The notes under the pieces are model-generated. The model was given only the letters and a program-made list of their open reading frames with translations. It was not told where the DNA came from and searched no databases. The position numbers and the translations under genes were made by a program. A stretch of DNA of 63,981 bases, the filler included, from an uncultured bacterium (GTDB taxonomy: Bacteria > Hinthialibacterota > Hinthialibacteria > Hinthialibacterales > Hinthialibacteraceae), in the NCBI GenBank assembly GCA_964449065.1. It is 3 parts of 3 records of this genome, joined end to end, with 100 filler letters (N's around TTAATTAATTAA, not from the genome) between each part and the next. Parts side by side here need not be neighbours in the genome. Positions count along the whole stretch, not along the records: positions 55,522 to 63,981 come from CAYVAZ010000218.1; 2 more parts are not named here. The stretch is one strand, 5' to 3'. Of the stretch, positions 61,895 to 63,981 are shown piece after piece. Numbering within the stretch: the stretch's first letter is position 1; each line of letters opens with the position of its first letter.

Positions 61895-62194
61895 ATGGAG
61901 TCGGCGACTTATTTATGTGTTAAAAAAGATCACACCGTTTGGGTGGTTTCGTTTCATGCCGCGGAAGGAAAATGCACGCTGCATGGAATCTCCGATTGGA
62001 TTAACCAAAAAGAACCGTTGCTGGAAGGCGGCAAAGTTTACAATTGGGCCGAAGAAGCCGCGCCGGAAGTGGACGCGATTTTTCCCTATTCGACGGAAGC
62101 CCATACCGCGGACTTTCGGGAAGAGGAAATTTTAGAAATCAGCGAGTTGATGGATGATATCCGCGACTTTTGGACCGCACAGGGTGGCGGCTGA
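61895..62194 (+). CDS. hypothetical protein
   Basis: AAGGAG RBS, 99-aa acidic ORF. Confidence 0.65.
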   Translation: MESATYLCVKKDHTVWVVSFHAAEGKCTLHGISDWINQKEPLLEGGKVYNWAEEAAPEVDAIFPYSTEAHTADFREEEILEISELMDDIRDFWTAQGGG

Positions 62195-62432
62195 AATCGG
62201 CGTTTAAATCCACCCACGCCACGGTTTGCGTTTGAAATGAAGTAACCGGTTCGGGTAATAAATGCGGATAGGAATTTGCTATTGCGGACGGAAGCGCGTC
62301 CGGGTTTATTTGTTCGCTGTGTGGGTTTTCTATGAACAGCAGCCAGGGTGGCGGTAAGGGAATAGCGCCGCGGCAACTCAGCAATGCGGTTGAAAGCACA
62401 ACACACCCTGCAATCAGCATCGTCTTGTTCAT
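62139..62432 (-). CDS. putative small lipoprotein
   Basis: AAGGAG RBS and MNKTMLIAGCVVLSTALLSC lipobox; 3' overlap with the neighbour. Confidence 0.5.
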   Translation of the reverse strand: MNKTMLIAGCVVLSTALLSCRGAIPLPPPWLLFIENPHSEQINPDALPSAIANSYPHLLPEPVTSFQTQTVAWVDLNADFSRHPVRSKSRGYHPSTR

Positions 62433-62586
62433 GTAACTCCTTGTACTCCATTTCGGCAATTCTTAAAGGATAGCCCAAAAACTGAGACTTGACCACTTGG
62501 AGTGATTTTGAAAATGGAATATCGTAACACGATCAAATGATAGGAACATGGGTTTTTATTCTCCAAACGATTTCGAGGCTGGTATT

Positions 62587-63234
62587 ATGGCAAAAACCAA
62601 CAAGAATTTTGACGAAATTATCCGCAAGTATCAAGAAGAGGTGCGTATTTGGACCCGCTCATGGCTGGAAACCAATCTGCACAAACCGATGCCCAATTAC
62701 GACAAAAACGGCAATTTGATATCCAAGAAAAACGATCATTTCGATATCTTCGCCCCCAAAGAAACGTTGCAGGATTTTGCGGAAGAAATTGCATTAGACT
62801 ACATCATCCCCATGATTGAAGAGGATTTGAAGAAAAAGGGGATTAAAGAAGATTGGGAAGATTTGTTGGTGCCGGCGGAAGATTCCGCCCAGCAATATAT
62901 TTTTCCGGTATTAATGAAAACGTTTCGGGATGAAGCAATAACACTGTTGGAAAAATTTAACTTTGCCTTGCGTGAAATCGACCGCGATTTGTTGGGCTTT
63001 CCCAAAGCGGATTTTTCCGCCAACCGCATCTTTGCCGCCATCGCGCATGAGATTGAAGGCGGTTTTATTGCTGCCGATAAGCAACTGCCCAAAGTCGCAA
63101 AAGGCACACGGCCAAAGCGGTCTACAGCGAAGTCACCGGCAAAACAGTCAGCCGCAAAAAATATAACCGCCAAGAAATCCACAACAAAAGTCAAAACGGC
63201 CGCCAAGAAAAGCAGCAAGAAAAAATCCAACTAA
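62587..63234 (+). CDS. hypothetical protein with Lys/Ala/Ser-rich C-terminal tail
   Basis: Ends AKSPAKQSAAKNITAKKSTTKVKTAAKKSSKKKSN. Confidence 0.75.
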   Translation: MAKTNKNFDEIIRKYQEEVRIWTRSWLETNLHKPMPNYDKNGNLISKKNDHFDIFAPKETLQDFAEEIALDYIIPMIEEDLKKKGIKEDWEDLLVPAEDSAQQYIFPVLMKTFRDEAITLLEKFNFALREIDRDLLGFPKADFSANRIFAAIAHEIEGGFIAADKQLPKVAKGTRPKRSTAKSPAKQSAAKNITAKKSTTKVKTAAKKSSKKKSN

Positions 63235-63258
63235 CCCACTCAACGTAGGATAGTCATC

Positions 63259-63918
63259 ATGATTACCGCACAACGCCGCGATCAAAATTTACAAACCATT
63301 CTGGATACGGGCATCGTCGCCGTCATCCGTGCCCAAAGCAGCGAACAGCTATTGCATGTGGTTGACGCGTTGCTGCGAGGGGGCGTGAAGGCGATTGAAG
63401 TGACGATGACCACACCGAACGCGCTGGATGTGATCCAAACCGTTGCGGAAAAATACAAGCAGGATTGTGTGATTGGCGCGGGAACGGTATTGGATGCGGA
63501 AACCGCCCGCGCCACGATTTTGGCGGGCGCGGAGTATATCGTTTCCCCAACGCTGAATTTGGATGTCATCAAACTGTGCCGCCGCTATTCCACGATTGTT
63601 GTACCGGGCGCGTATACGCCAACGGAAATTTTAACCGCGTGGGAAGCCGGAGCGGATATCGTGAAGGTGTTTCCGGCGACCAGTTTGGGGGCTTCTTACT
63701 TTAAGGATGTGCTGGCCCCATTGCCGCAGGTTCGGCTATCGCCCACCGGCGGGGTGAATTTGGATACGGTGACGGATTTCATCAATGCCGGCGCGGCTTG
63801 TGTAGCGGTTGGCGGGCATTTGATCTCCAAAAAAGCCCTGGCAGAGCAGGATTGGAACCGCATCACCGAAGCCGGAAAAGCGTTTGTGCAAAAGATAAAA
63901 GAAGCGCGGCAGGGATAA
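63259..63918 (+). CDS. eda: KDPG/KHG aldolase
   Basis: VAVIR, IEVT, GAGTV, TPTEI, VKVFPA, PTGGV. Confidence 0.95.
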   Translation: MITAQRRDQNLQTILDTGIVAVIRAQSSEQLLHVVDALLRGGVKAIEVTMTTPNALDVIQTVAEKYKQDCVIGAGTVLDAETARATILAGAEYIVSPTLNLDVIKLCRRYSTIVVPGAYTPTEILTAWEAGADIVKVFPATSLGASYFKDVLAPLPQVRLSPTGGVNLDTVTDFINAGAACVAVGGHLISKKALAEQDWNRITEAGKAFVQKIKEARQG

Positions 63919-63981
63919 TGGATGAGTGATGTTACGCAATCCATGAATTGGCGACTGCTTGAAAAATGGTTTTTGTTGTGA

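Overview
Bacterial genomic DNA, apparently three contigs joined by artificial 100-bp spacers (N44-TTAATTAATTAA-N44 at 27971-28070 and 55422-55521), so adjacency across those points is not biological. The CRTAC/DUF1080/LamG content and the acidic exported proteins ending in a short 'VxEWxxx' motif suggest a lineage such as Ca. Hinthialibacterota/OLB16 (inference only). Genes: two sigma54-driven amt-glnK operons; a divergent hisD/hisB-like pair; korAB; trmJ-like; two MazG-family genes; glycan genes (WecB/TagA, GT4, O-antigen ligases) with an Fe-ADH and an AEP transaminase; prsW; recG; a fliK-flgD-(TIGR02530)-flgE hook operon with a 1013-aa FlgE; a YvyF-like gene; a degenerate GGDEF-RHH fusion; moxR; eda; two TA pairs and an orphan hicB. 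No rRNA, tRNA, CRISPR, integrase or transposase was seen. The most unusual signals are: (1) three copies of one gene's last 13 codons, differing mostly by synonymous changes, with each extra copy fused to a TTGACA promoter and the set bracketing a RelE-type TA cassette; (2) many ~100-130-bp intergenic mini-elements whose terminal inverted repeats and hairpin cores appear in mixed combinations, including a 3-unit tandem array; (3) a candidate C-terminal protein-sorting motif; (4) a HisD/HisB paralog pair with remodelled active sites.
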